A DNA stretch of 64,000 bases, from the NCBI GenBank assembly GCA_965112155.1, contig OZ218098.1; one strand, given 5' to 3'. Below, one piece after another: positions 51,425-64,000 of the stretch (its first letter is position 1; each line of letters starts with the position of its first letter). The stretch is from Podarcis liolepis. Lineage: Eukaryota. The translations under genes and the position numbers were made by a program. The notes beneath the pieces were generated by a model. It ran no database searches. It was not told where the DNA came from and saw nothing but the letters and a program-made list of their open reading frames with translations.

Positions 51425-52629
51425 TTGCCCCGCTGACGTTTCCCCCCCTCCTTTCGTTTCCTGCATTTGGTGCCTACCCTTCTTTCAGATGGGAGCCTAA
51501 CACAAACTCCCTCTAAAACACATTAAAATCTACATTTTGTATGTGTTTTTTTTCTCTCAGATAATTCTGTACCATTCTAAATTTCCACAAGAAAAAAGAC
51601 TTTAATGGCATTATTCAAAAGACCATAACTCTTTGAACACAAACAAACAAACAAACAACCCTCAAAACATATATTTTAAAAAAACCGAATTAGCCAAATG
51701 AAGAAAGTTGGCAATGCTACAAGGAACCTCAAAAACTGGCCTAACCGGGAGAATTGTGTGGGTTAATCTTTTTTAAACGTTAATGATTATATGGTGCCTC
51801 TTCTGTGTTTGTGACAGACGGCAGGATAAAGAGATCTTAGCAGGTCTGTGTTGCACCTGTAAATTTTTTAAAAATATTTTTTTTGCTGGTGACTTTCCTG
51901 GGCGCTCCCAGGAGAAGTATTAAATATCTCATGATTTCTAAAATGTATTAATCAAGAAAGACTGGTGAACTTTTCCTTGACAACTAAAATGTATTTTTAA
52001 AAAGCCACCCTAGTCGGAAATGTTTGGCTGATTATGGGAGATGCTTCATATCAGTGGGAGGAAAACCCCAGAGGAGGAGAAACTAAAGCTCCGCAAATGA
52101 ATTAGCGTTAACAGTATTAGTTCTACACAAGGTGCACAACAGATTACTTTAAATGGAGATAATTGGTGATGTAGCCTTGTCTCAGATTCTTGAGCGCTGA
52201 TGATGACTAGTGATGGCATATGAAACATCTGCCAGAGCTGGTGCCAGTGGTCAGCATAGCTGGTCACCTGTCAAGGCCAGTGCCTCAGCAAGGACCCCAC
52301 TGCCAGCTTCTGGAGCCCCCTGGCTCTGCAGCCGTCTGGTCAGCTGCTCTCTCTGAATGAGTTAGTTGTGAGAGAAGCAAGGAGGAAGTGCATTATCCTT
52401 CATTCAACTTTCTTGCTAGCTAGTTATGCACACAGTGGCCAAAGGAAGAGGTTTAGTGAATTAGTAGCAGCAACACCAGCACTCTGGAGTTTTTGTCCAA
52501 AGGCCCTCTCAGATCTGAACCCCCCTTCTCTTTTCTGTGGGTATATCATGGAGCCCTGCCCCCAAAAGCTTACAATTTATATTGGAAGAGTTTGTTTTTG
52601 CAAACCTATACAGTGTTGCTGAAAATGTA

Positions 52630-52870
52630 CAGTGGTACCTCGGGTTACATACGCTTCAGGTTACATATGCTTCAGGTTACAGACTCTGCTAACCCAGAAA
52701 TAGTGCTTCAGGTTAAGAACTTTGCTTCAGGATAAGAACAGAAATCGGGCTCTGGCGGCGTGGCAGCAGCGGGAGGCCCCATTAGCTAAGTGGTGCTTCA
52801 GGTTAAGAACAGTTTCAGGTTAAGAACGGACCTCCAGAACGAATTAAGTACTTAACCTGAGGTACCATTG
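52630..52870 (-). mobile_element. Tc1/mariner MITE family A
   Basis: TA-flanked TIRs; reverse complement of 48159-48400. Confidence 0.93.
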
Positions 52871-55199
52871 TATAGTGCAGCTGGGCTTCTAGTTTTCCCT
52901 CAAGGATACATGTGGGCCTTTGAGACTCTGGCAACATGTGCTGAGCAGCTGGATTTAATTTTTTTAGCTGTCTGTAATCTTAAGTGGCAAGCTCTTAACA
53001 CAACCACACTTTATTATCTCCAGTTACTACAGAGAAACCGCCACTGTGCCATTCGGGAGTGGAATCAAATAAAAATCCAGGGTAATTTAACTGGAGAGCA
53101 ATATAAACATGAAGAGATACTTGCACACGCTTTAGAGTGAAAAGTTGAGGATAAATCAATAGGATTCTTTCTTTTCTTTTTTTTAATTTCCAGTCAGTGA
53201 TTAAATTAGTAAAATATGCTGCTGGCAGTAAAAGCTTGCAAGCCTGTACTTTCACAATTGGATTTCTCTTCGGAGAATAGCAGATATTTGATTAAATGAG
53301 CTTTAGTAATGGGACTTGGGAAAATTTTAAAAAGGTACCGTATTTTTCCGTGTATAAGACAAAAGTAGTCACAAGCAATAAACAAAACAAAAAAAATCAA
53401 AAACTGCATAATCAAGTTGAACCACTTCCACATAAATCATAAGATCCGAAATAAATAAACAAAGAATAATATCTGGTGATTGTGATTTACACACCCCTTG
53501 GAGAACATTTTGAGGAGTTTATCCATTTTCTAAATAAATAAATATACAGTATTATCAAGAACAACGTACTGGCCACATTATTACGAATAAATCTATATTA
53601 GTTTATGTATAAGGATTGAAAGTTGAATTGTCATTTTATTTTTTATGTATTTATAAGGGGGAAATTGGGCAACTTATCCATAGACTGCAGGTTGATAAGG
53701 TCAATAAGGACAGTTGTGAACATATAGATTTTTGTGTGTTTGCCTATTAATTACATGTGAATAGCAAAAGACTGCTCAGCTTTGTCCTGTGGGTAATCAA
53801 CAAATGGAATTTACTTGGCTCAGGCATTAGATTACAAGAGTCAGCGGATTGTACCCTGTGAATTATTTATTTGGTCCCCTTTTTAAGTTGGTACAAGATT
53901 GAAATGTGATTTCATATTAGCTCTGTTCATTCTTTGGATTAAAGGATGAATCCTGAAAGTTAACGTAAAGACGTTGGCGTCTGATCTAAGGCAGGATGAG
54001 ATTGCCTATCTAAGCAAGGTGGGAGGATGCTTGATCTTGATGACTCTGCGGTGATAGTCTGAAGCCAAAATAGAAGTGCATGTTTGTGGGTTTAGGTCAG
54101 AGTTGCTTTTCATGCAGGCTCAGTTGCTTCTGAATCACCAAAGAAGCTTGAAAACAAGTAGGACATATTATCTGCAACAGGTGTTCATATAAAACATGCT
54201 TGAGGTCTGGTTGGGTGTTTGTAGATTGACTACTAGAATCCTATAAGCAGCCCCAGCAAATGACAGGCGTACTACTTCTGATTTGCATTTGTAGAGTCTA
54301 TATTGGCATGCAGAAGTAAGGACAAAAACGAGGGATGACCTTGTGATGATGGGCATGTGGTGGTCCCAGCAGATGGTGTGTGTTTCTAAATTTAAAAATG
54401 TGTGTATTAAGAAGCTACAAGCATGAATGTACTGCAATGTGCAACCACATGGTGGCTGCATACTTTTATGACATAAGGAAAGACCTAGTCCTCCTTGTTC
54501 CAGGCTCCAAGAATGAAGCCAAATTTGTTAATAAATTAAAAATTCTCTTAAGTGCAGTAGAAAGTTTGCCCTTGATGGTAATCAGGTCCTTTAGTTTAGG
54601 CAATAAGAAACCTGTACAATCTCCAGATGGGCCACCTGTGGCATCTTCAGATGTTGTTAGACTCCCAACTCCCATCATTCCCAATCCGCGTGGCCCCAAT
54701 GGTCAGGGATGATGGGAGCTGTAGTTGAGCAGCATCTGTTTCCAGCCAAAGGAATGCACACGGCAGATAGTTTACCTCTCTGTTGTCAAAGACTTGGGAT
54801 ACGTTGATCTTGGTGTCTCTGTTGACAGTCCCTTCTACAGCTCAGGAGACCTATACACACCAATCTAGCGTTTAGGCAGCTATTCCCAGGTCTGCACTCC
54901 ATGGAGCAACAGGGGACCCCTTCCCCCGATGAGCTGTGCGCATGGAGGCTACGCCTGTGTGGATGCTTCCTCTGCTTACCTCTTTTCAATCCGCTCCTGG
55001 TTCTGGGAGACAGTCGTGCAGGAGAGGGTGAGGAAGCACCTGGCTCTTCACTTGCCTGACCACTGGCAAGTGGCACCTGCCCAATAAGCAAAAAAGTAAG
55101 AGGTAGTAAAATACTAATGCCCATCAACTTGGGCCCCCCCTCAAATTTTTTACTGGGTGGGGCTGAATGGACCTTGGACCCTAAAAGTTTGCTACCATA

Positions 55200-55497
55200 C
55201 AGCGGTTGGCAAAGTTTTTGTGGCTTGGGCCAGTTCACAGTCCCGCAGACGCCGCGGTGGGCCGGAGTGCATGTGCAAACGCTATTTCCGGCACGGAGGA
55301 AGCGTGCACAGCTTCCAATTGGTTGCAGGAGCTTCCTGCAGCCAATGGGAAGCCGGCCAGCATCATGGAAGGCGGTCCCCGCTCTGCTCTGGTTTAGCTC
55401 ACGGGAGCCGACTGAGCGGGCAGCGGGGGTCCATGGGCCGGTTAAACAATCCCCATGGGCCGCTTGTGGCCCATGGGCTTTAGGTTGCCGACCCCTG
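55200..55497. mobile_element. hAT-type non-autonomous element
   Basis: CAGCGGTTGGCAA...TTGCCGACCCCTG termini, GGGCCG subterminal motifs, CpG-rich; explains the cluster of overlapping ORFs. Confidence 0.7.
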
Positions 55498-56722
55498 CTC
55501 CTACACGTCCACCCCATTTGAATTTATCATATGCTGTATACTAGAATGGATTTTGCAGTTAGTTTTGTCTGATCAATGTACTGCAGAATGAATTATTTTT
55601 AAAAACCCAAAATCTCTAGATGTTCAGTGCTTTCTTTTGGGTGTGCAGCTTAATTCAAAAGGTCTAGAGTCTACAGATTCTTATCAGCAGAGCTGCTGAA
55701 AAATATGCCACTATGCTTACCAGAATTGCTTCCAGGAAGCAGCACCTGCCAACATGGTTCCACCAGCTCATACATTACTTCCTGCATGAGTCTGCAACCA
55801 CAGGACCTCTCGGTAGGGAGCATTTTAGAGCATGCAAAGCTGCCCCTAGACGGGAAGTGGAATCTATGGTTCTATGCCCACTTGTTTCACTTCACATTCA
55901 TTTGAAGGCATTATAAGACCTTAGCATTCAGTAATGATGATAAAACCGCTTGGCACTGTACACTATATATATATATTAAAAAGAGCAAATGTTGCTGGTC
56001 TAAAAAAATGAGGGAATTTGGGGGAGAGGCAGAGATTAGAGGTCATTTGCAAGTGAGAAGCTTCATACAAGGGGCAGGGGACCCCTTTTTAAGCCAAGGG
56101 GACACATTCCCTTCTGGGCAGCATTCTGAGAACCACATGCCAGGGGTGGGAGCGGCCAGAAGCAAAAGTAGGCAGGGCAAGAAATGTAAAGTTTTTTAAT
56201 TCTACAGTAGACTGGTTTCTATGCACACTGTCTCTCACCCCTCTCTGTATTCTATCGAGGCAGTCAAGAGGCATTATAAGAGTTCAAGGAAACATGTCAG
56301 GCAGGAAAAAAGACTTAGGGTGCAAAGCAGTGAGGGGGGTGCTCTGCAAAGAGGGGGGCTGGCATGGGGAGAACTGTGAGGGCCATATAGAGGGTCCCAG
56401 AGGGCCACATTTGGCCCTTATGTGTGAGGTTCCCCACTGCTCGTTTAAACATTTGCAAGGAAGGAGAGATGTGCGTGTCTGGATGCTGGAATGTTAAGGG
56501 GGCGCAAGTGAAAAACGAGAGGGGCATAAAATGATAGCAAGTAACCCAAGAGGAGGATATTGGCACACTGAAGACAAAATAGGTTAAGAGAGAGAGAGGG
56601 AACAAGAGGCTGGAAAAAATAAAGAGATTTGAAAACAAAAGTCGTGGTTGAAATGATCTTACAAGGAAATGGAAGATAATCTGTTCCAACCTCCCTACCT
56701 CTGCTCCAGCCTTAGCACAGTA

Positions 56723-56902
56723 CAGTGGTACCTTGGGTTACATACGCTTCAGGTTACAGAACTTTGCTTCAGGATAAGAACAGAAATCGTGTGGCAGCAG
56801 CGGGAGACCCCATTAGCTAAAGTGGTGCTTCAAGTTAAGAACAGTTTCAGGTTAAGAACGGACCTCCGGAACAAATTAAGTACGTAACCAGAGGTACCAC
56901 TG
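56723..56902 (-). mobile_element. Tc1/mariner MITE family A (internally deleted)
   Basis: TA-flanked TIRs; body homologous to 52630-52870. Confidence 0.9.
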
Positions 56903-57233
56903 TAAAGCACTCTCTGAATCACCCCTGCTGCTTTCTCTTGTCCCCCCGCCCACAAAAAAACTAAGCAAACACACATATACACATACATGTTCTGGAGGAT
57001 CTTGTTCACCAAATTAGCAAATGTGCAGCTGTGCTCTAAAAGCCCAAGTCTCACTTATGAGTTTTGATGCTGCCTCCATGAACAAATTCACTTCTTCCAG
57101 GCAGTAGTATGTTTGTCTAGGCAAGTCATATTAAATAACTAGTAGTTCTCAAAACTGCTTTAAAAACAACTGTCTCTAAAAACAACTAGCATTAGTTTTC
57201 ATTATTCTGTCTCCTCTTTTTTTCATATTTTAG

Positions 57234-57303
57234 GAGGTCCTCCAGCAACTGATCATTATGAATTTGCCAAACGTCTTGATAGTTGGCAAAGATCCTCTGT
57301 CTG
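57234..57303 (+). CDS. CCDC88C: CCDC88C exon 4, EVLQQLIIMNLPNVLIVGKDPLS(G)
   Basis: Long pyrimidine tract plus TAG at 57231-57233, GTGAGT donor at 57304, 70 nt in phase 0/1; the gene continues beyond the window. Confidence 0.95.
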
Positions 57304-60300
57304 GTGAGTAGCCTTGCTGTCCTCTTAAATTTCAAAAATATTGACTGTATGGAACAGTATTTGCAACTTTCTCAGCTGAAATTAGTTTGGCGCAGAAGAA
57401 AATAAGGAGACTAAAAGAGAGGTGGGTATAAGCAAGGGGTAGCCCTTTACAGTATATGTGTTCTGCGTCCATTGGAAATCAGCACTGGAGCCCTTTGCTC
57501 CTGAGTCACGTGGGGCAAATGCATTTTACATTGAGTCAGCACTGTGGAATTGCAGTCATCCGAAAGGTGAGAGCAAGAGTTGTGATTTCAGCTGCAGCAC
57601 CTTTTCCCTCCACAGCTTGTTGCCAAACTGTAAAAGAAATTCTTGGCTATATTGCCAACTAGGGGCAAGGTCCTGTGGCCGCATTTTGAACCACCTTTAT
57701 GTTTTCTGTACTGCTAAACAGAACTTGATCCAGAGCGTAATGGAAGCCAGGTACAGGTTCCTCTGCTTCGAAAACAGGAAGCCAGTTGTTCAAGGCTACA
57801 CAGCAGGTGCCAATAGTGGGTTGGTTCCCTCTGTGGTGTAAGCTTCCAACAACAGAAGGTGGGTCAGTTCAGAGCTAACACGCCATATATGTGTCCCCCG
57901 GGACTCATAAATAATAATTGACGGGGCTTTTGTGTGGATGTGCTCAACTTGCAGAAAACAGGTTGAAATTTTGATTTAGCGCTGACTAGGACGAAGGCTC
58001 CAACCTTTGTTCAGCATGCTGTATCAATGAACAGAATTGAGCGTGGCCACACAAGGGCATCAGATTTGGGATTTTTTTAAAGAAATATTTATTTCTATAA
58101 ATGTTTATACACTGCACTTCTGGATGGAGCATACCCATATCTTGCATTGATATGGACATGGCATTGCAGGAGCGTCTCTGATCAGTAAGCCGCTTGCTGC
58201 AATAGTTTGATCCTCCGGTGTCTCTTCTGAAAGCATATCCAGTGTGGGGTTTGTAAAACTGCCTTGCAAAATAAATAAATAAAACCTTGCCCTCCAAATC
58301 CTGTGGAACCCTCACAGTCATCTGGTAACTTAAAGGAGCTGTCAGGTCTTAGTGATGAACTGGGTGTGTGTGTGTGTGTGTTTAAATGATGTGGCTGAAG
58401 TACCCTTTCCCCCTTCAGAGCTCCTCCTCCTATCTAGCACTATCAGCTGATTCCTCTTCTTCTTCTCCCTCTCTTTCTTCTTCTTTCTGTGTCTTGACAA
58501 CTTCCTACTCTTCCCAGACAGCCACACTGTGAATCTGTAAATCTGATACTGAACTATGTGGAGTCCCAGCAATTGCTTTGAGGGTTCTGAGAAGCTTGCT
58601 GCAGACGTCTGTTTTTAGCTCTTAAATGTCAAAGCAATTCTTTATTTTCTCCCTCCCTTTGAACTTTTTAGGGTTACCCCAATCAGACATTCTTGCACCT
58701 TTCATTGAATTATTTCACTGAACTTAAATGTTTCATATTGAGAACAAACTGTTTTTACCCCGCATTCAGAGGAACTTGTGGAAGAGGGGAGAACAAGATG
58801 TGATTCAGGTGTTTTTTGGGTTGCAATTAGACATATATCATTCCTTAAGTCTTTCAACCCAGATCCACCTCCCAACCGCACCTCAAAACTGTATGGTCAT
58901 GGCATAGCATAGCATTAATACTGTATCTGTGCAGAAATCGACCAGTTCAGAAACTGGAAAGGCCATAGCTCAGCGGTAGAGGGCATGCCTAGCATGCAAA
59001 ACATCTCTAGGATATAGATAATACAGAAAAGAGTGCTTAAGCATGCACAGAGTGCCTTTATCTCACCACTGAGCAATTGCATTCAATCTGGAATGTGTGA
59101 CTTCCAGAGAAGCTTGAGTTCCAGGAGTATAATATGATGTAATCCAATACAGAGGCACCTTTTGTTCTCCTGGCTAAGCTGTTGCTGCTCCATCAGTGAC
59201 CAGTACCTCTCTGGCATCCACACGCAGTCTATTAAGCCCATGAAAGAGAGGAAAACAAAGGAGCAAAAAAAATGTATATAGGGAAGAAAAAGAGAGGACG
59301 GAAGTCAGGAAGAGGGAAAAGGTTAGCAATAAATTTGTACTCGTGCACTGATCTCTTATTCAGAGAGCGACTGTAATCCTGAGCTGTCTCTGCCCATCCA
59401 TTATGGTAGCAGCCCCATTGTAAGGTGTTCATTGAACTAATGCCTGAGACCCAAGATCATTGTTGGGCTTTGGCCATCTCAATGAAACTGATCTCTCCCA
59501 GCATTCACATCTCCAAAGAATCGGCATTTGTTTGTAATGTGCGTCTTTAATTTTGTGCCAACTACAGGTATTTTTTTGCCTTTTCCTTGCAGAAGTGTAG
59601 GCAGTTGTGTTGGTTTTCCCGTAACAGGGAAGCATTCTGAAACTGGCAGCATTTGCCAGAGGGAGTGAGGAGCCCCAGTCTCGGGCAGGCAGCAAAAAAC
59701 GAAGGCTTTTGGAGGCCCTAGTAGGGCATGGCCAATGAGCCGCATTCTGCTTCCTGGGTCTTGTGGCTTCCTGGGCCTGCTTTAGGAGTTCAATCAGAGG
59801 ACATATTTAGGGATTCAATGAGAACACAATGTGCACATATTAGTCTGGTGGTCTTGAGAGATTTTTCAAATCACCCCCCCCAAAAAAATGAAACAGAAGC
59901 AAATTCCCTCCCCTTGAACAAATGTGCCAAAATAAAGTCCTTGTAGAGAGGAAAGCCAGGAACCTCCCCCAATGAATGTCTGTATTTTTGGTCCTTTTAA
60001 TCATTAAAGGTTTAAGCTCCCACTTCCATATTTACTTTTCACACCCAGTTTCCTTCCTCATTTTGTTCCACAATTCTCCAAGGAGGCAAAATGTAGTACA
60101 GGATAAAATGTGTCTGCATAACTCTGAAGTGAAAAGTTGGGTGGCGCAAGTCAGCAGATGCTAGTGTTGGAAATTTAGACGATGGATTTTTTTCCTGCAT
60201 CCTTTTAGATACCATGTGGCAATAAAAAAAAATGGGACCACACTCAGTTTCTGGTGAGATCTGAATAGCCATTGGCTCAGCGACTTAAAGCGTTACGATA

Positions 60301-60794
60301 TCTCTGTGAGCGTTTTAGCTGCTCAGAGGTTTCTGTTGGCTTGCGAGGTCTAGAGACCAGTTGGAGCTGCTGTAGCAAAATGGTGCAAGCAAGAGGCAAG
60401 GCAGCCGGGCTGGCCTTGCTATATAGCAGGCCAAAGCAACCTGCGCCATGGGGGGTGGGGGTGGGAGAGAGAATAGATGAAGGCAGAAATTGGTATCTGA
60501 ATGACACAGCAAGATTTAGTAAGATGTTTGCCTTTGTTGTCCCTGAGAGAAGTTCAGTTCGACTGGAACTCTGCACATATACCAAGTGGTTATTTTGGCT
60601 TTGCTCTGAGAAATGAGTGCAGCACCAGCTCAAGGAATCGGCAGAGTTTATCAAGGGAAACCCCCACTGGTTTGTGCCAAATTTCCTTCTCATGGTAGAA
60701 GCTGTAGGATTTCCTTGTTCTTACCGGTATTCATAATGGATTGTGTATGATCAAGTCTGATTGCTCCTTGGAACTCCTACCATATCTAATGCTA

Positions 60795-61137
60795 AGGTAA
60801 AGGGACCCCTGACCATTAGGTCCAGTCGTGGCCGACTCTGGGGTTGCGGCGCTCATCTCGCTTTATTGGCCGAGGGAGCTGGCGTACAGCTTCCGGGTCA
60901 TGTGGCCAGCATTACTAAGCCGCTTCTGGCGAACCAGAGGCGAAACGCCATTTACCTTCCCGCTGGAGCGGTACCTATTTATCTACTTGCATTTTGACGT
61001 GCTTTCAAACTGCTAGGTTGGCAGGAGCAGGGACCGAGCAACGGGAGCTCACCCCGTCGCGGGGATTCGAACCACCGACCTTCTGATCGTCAAGTCCTAG
61101 GCTCTGTGGTTTAACTCACAGCGCCCCTCACGTCCCT
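60795..61137 (-). mobile_element. Sauria SINE, full length
   Basis: Reverse-complement homolog of 28564-28912; 13-bp TSD ATATCTAATGCTA at 60782-60794 and 61138-61150. Confidence 0.95.
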
Positions 61138-62289
61138 ATATCTAATGCTAGTAGATGCCTTTATATAGCATTAATTAACTCTGTACAGTCATGGTGGCAT
61201 CTATCGGGAAGCACCTTCCCATGGTAATTGGATTGCCTATCTTTACATATCCAGGGGAACTTTTCTGATTTTCTCACTGTTTCCGATTTTTGGTCAATCT
61301 CACCTGAGATTGACCAAAGGCCCCTTGTGGTTACGCTCCCACCATATGACAAGAAACTGGTACTGATCTAATGACCCAGTACATGAATTAACATGCCCTT
61401 CCTATCCAGCCCTATCCTTAACAAGATCATCCAGTTATTTCCAGAGTCATCACGTCTGTTGCAGTAGCCTCAGAAAAATATACGGTAACCTGCTTCTGTG
61501 TGTGGCTGCATTTGAGCTCCAATCCTGACAGCCAAATGGCATGGGCTGGCACTGAGGACAGCACTGGTACAATGGTAGCCCAGAAACTGAGTCGGAAAAT
61601 GTATAAGGGTGACTATACACAGAAGGCATTACAAAGAAATGTGTCTGCAAATTTGTGGGCCACCTATTGTGCAATCTCAAATTTCCTTTAGAAAAGAAAA
61701 TCTATTAAGGGGGCAAACTAGATAAATCAAATGTCTTTGTTTTAAACCAAAGTTCTCTTGCTGTCTTCTCCCATTTTTCCAGCCTACGGCTTTTTCCCTC
61801 CCTCATTTTGTTTCTTCACCTTTCTATCCTTTTGTTGTTGGTGTGCTAATCTCTTTTTCTCGGCCTCCCACAACAATCCTACCATCTGTTTTTCACCATC
61901 CCTTTCCTGTGTGAGTGTGAGGGGTCCAGGTCCTGTACTGTATGTAACACAGCTTCCAGAGTACAGGTTTTATTCCCTCTGGACTTGGCCTACTGTGGGG
62001 AGCAGATGGCCTTCCTGCAAATCCCTTGGTTTAATGGCTCAGTGACCTAGTGTGACAGGGGCTGCCGTGGAATTTTTTAGAAAATAAGGGAAATGCCATT
62101 GTGTTCGGTTTTTTTGAAGAGCCTTGGCTGTTTGTGCAGACCTAAAATACCAAAAGTTCTGTGATGCTTTAAAGTCTTGGTTTATTGTGGGATTTAGTTT
62201 CTGTAGGCAACCCTACAAAGACATTGACAGAGAAGGAGCTAGATATATATATAGATGCATTGCTTGATGCACTTTGAAGAAAAGGGAAG

Positions 62290-62480
62290 ATCTTAAAGTT
62301 AACCCAGGTTTGAATCCCTTACTTCGCAGTGGCACTCAGGGGGTAATCTTGGGCCAGTCACTAACTTACCTTACAGGTTTGTTGTGAGGATGATATGAGG
62401 ATGGGAGAACCACATGTGCTACTTTGAGCTGCTTGGAGGAAAGGCAGGATATAAATGTAATTGCAATATTAATAATACAA
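62290..62480 (+). mobile_element. MIR/CORE-type SINE
   Basis: B-box GGTTTGAATCCC, core CTTGGGCCAGTCACT...TACCTTACAGGTTTGTTGTGAGGAT, AT-rich tail. Confidence 0.65.
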
Positions 62481-64000
62481 AACCTAATTTAAAAGTAGTC
62501 TGCCTTTTCCAAAACTGTAAAACGTGGGTGCTGAAGAATTGCCATTTACACCAAATGGAGAGCAGCTGGCCGTCAGATTCCTCGATTCAGCCCTGTCAGA
62601 TATTGTTAACTGATTCCTGATCTACAGCTTTCCATACAAGCTCTCCCTTTAATTTCTGTTTAAATATTTAGGCTGAGAACTTAAGTCTCCCAAGGCTCTT
62701 GGCTGATGCCTTCTGACAGCACTTAACACACACACAACTACCATTTAATTATCGGTATGGTTTCACCAGTCTCAGCTGGGCTGCGGAGCAAGCATCTTGG
62801 TAATGCAAATCTAGACATTAAAAGGACAATGCAGAAGGGCTGCTGTGGCCGGGCCATTCTCAGATGTGTCAATCTGCTGTTTTATGCTTGGCATATGGTA
62901 CAGACCAGGAGGGTGTTAGCACTAGCCAGCTCTGTCACCAAATCTAATTAGTGTTCCTCTTTGCTTGTTTCTCTTCATGCAAACAGGGGATGGTGAACCT
63001 GTTAACTTCACCCCCTGTGAGCGTTAATCCAAGGGTGACTTAAAGAAATAATGTATATGGGACTAGACCACAGATGGGCAACTTGAAGGAATAATGTATA
63101 TGTGGCCTCCAGCAACTCCTCTGGATCCATTATTCCCTTCCATCGGAGTTCCTTATTATTTATTAATCTTTTAATATAATAATGATCTCCTTAGAAGTTT
63201 ACGGGAAAACAACAGAAATACAGCATTCAATAACAATTCCTGAAAACAAGATAAAAACAAAGCTGAACTGTCCATCACAAATGTAACTCAGCACTGTGTG
63301 AAACAAAAAAAAAAGAAGAAGTTAAAAGTCAGGGTCCAGAGAAGTTTGTGTAAACAGACAAGTTTCAAAGAGGCATTTGAAGGGCTTTCCAATTTATTCA
63401 AGGGAGGGCATTCCAGAAGGTCCTTCCTGTACATTTCCTTTGTATTTTTCCTTCCTTTTAAAAGTGGCCCTTTCTGTATAGCATCAGAACAATAATGCTT
63501 TTTTTTATTCTTTACTTTTTTCTGATTGTATGACTTGGAGAAAAGGTTTCCCACCTCCGGAACTGTCTTGAAATGAAATTAGTAGCCATGAATAAAGTCA
63601 GGAAGGAGTTTTAAGTACTGAAAAGCCATTGCAGGATACATCAATTTGCATTGAACATTAAGTGCCACCAGAGGTAAATAGGTTAAGAAGGAAAATGAGT
63701 CAATTTACATTTTCATTAGGTAGTAAATTTGGGGGTGGGGGCAAAGTCTTCCTTTGGCTGTTTGAGATTACATTGATATTATTTTGTTATTAAAAATTTT
63801 AGGTGCTTGCATTCCCCCCCCCCCCAAAAATCTGGATTTTATTTTTTTTAATTACATGGGCAAGGTCATAGCCATGGCTTGATAGATGCAGAATGTTTTA
63901 AATCAATTTAAAACATAAAAATCAACACAAGAGCAGACCTATCTAGTCTAGCCTCCCTGGCCAGTGAGAAGCCCAGAAACAGAACATGAGTACCATATTT

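Noticed and set aside
54786-55521. 243-aa reverse ORF and overlapping forward ORFs
   Set aside because: They span GC-rich hAT-type repeat fragments and show no recognisable domain
57304-64000. CCDC88C exon 5 (expected roughly GKSMEEIKKxLLLxLGCAVQ)
   Set aside because: No matching AG-exon-GT found by eye; probably downstream of the window

Overview
Vertebrate nuclear DNA, not prokaryotic. The repeat content (Sauria SINE, Squam3-like SINE, BovB, L1, L2, CR1, TA-flanked Tc1/mariner and hAT MITEs) points to a squamate, most likely a lacertid lizard. Two spliced genes lie on the + strand. (1) The last eight coding exons of PPP4R3A/SMEK1 (2903-12922; all junctions GT-AG with consistent phases), followed by a long, TE-poor 3' region. 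(2) The CpG-island promoter and coding exons 1-4 of CCDC88C/Daple (ATG at 23282; exons at 26019, 38308 and 57234); exon 5 was not found and probably lies beyond the window. As I recall it, this gene order matches human 14q32. Nearly all other ORFs in the track are spurious or TE remnants. I cannot support a wholly new biological system here. The best candidates for follow-up are: a 10-nt frame-shifting (poison) microexon candidate in PPP4R3A; a pair of look-alike uORFs in the CCDC88C leader; a three-level nested mariner-MITE stack whose empty site is visible elsewhere in the window; an L1 insertion with a 19-bp TSD and a poly(G) tail; two diverged L1 fragments truncated at nearly the same codon; and a duplicated ~25-nt PU.1-type motif flanking CCDC88C exon 3. 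Family names and orthologue comparisons come from memory, not from database searches.
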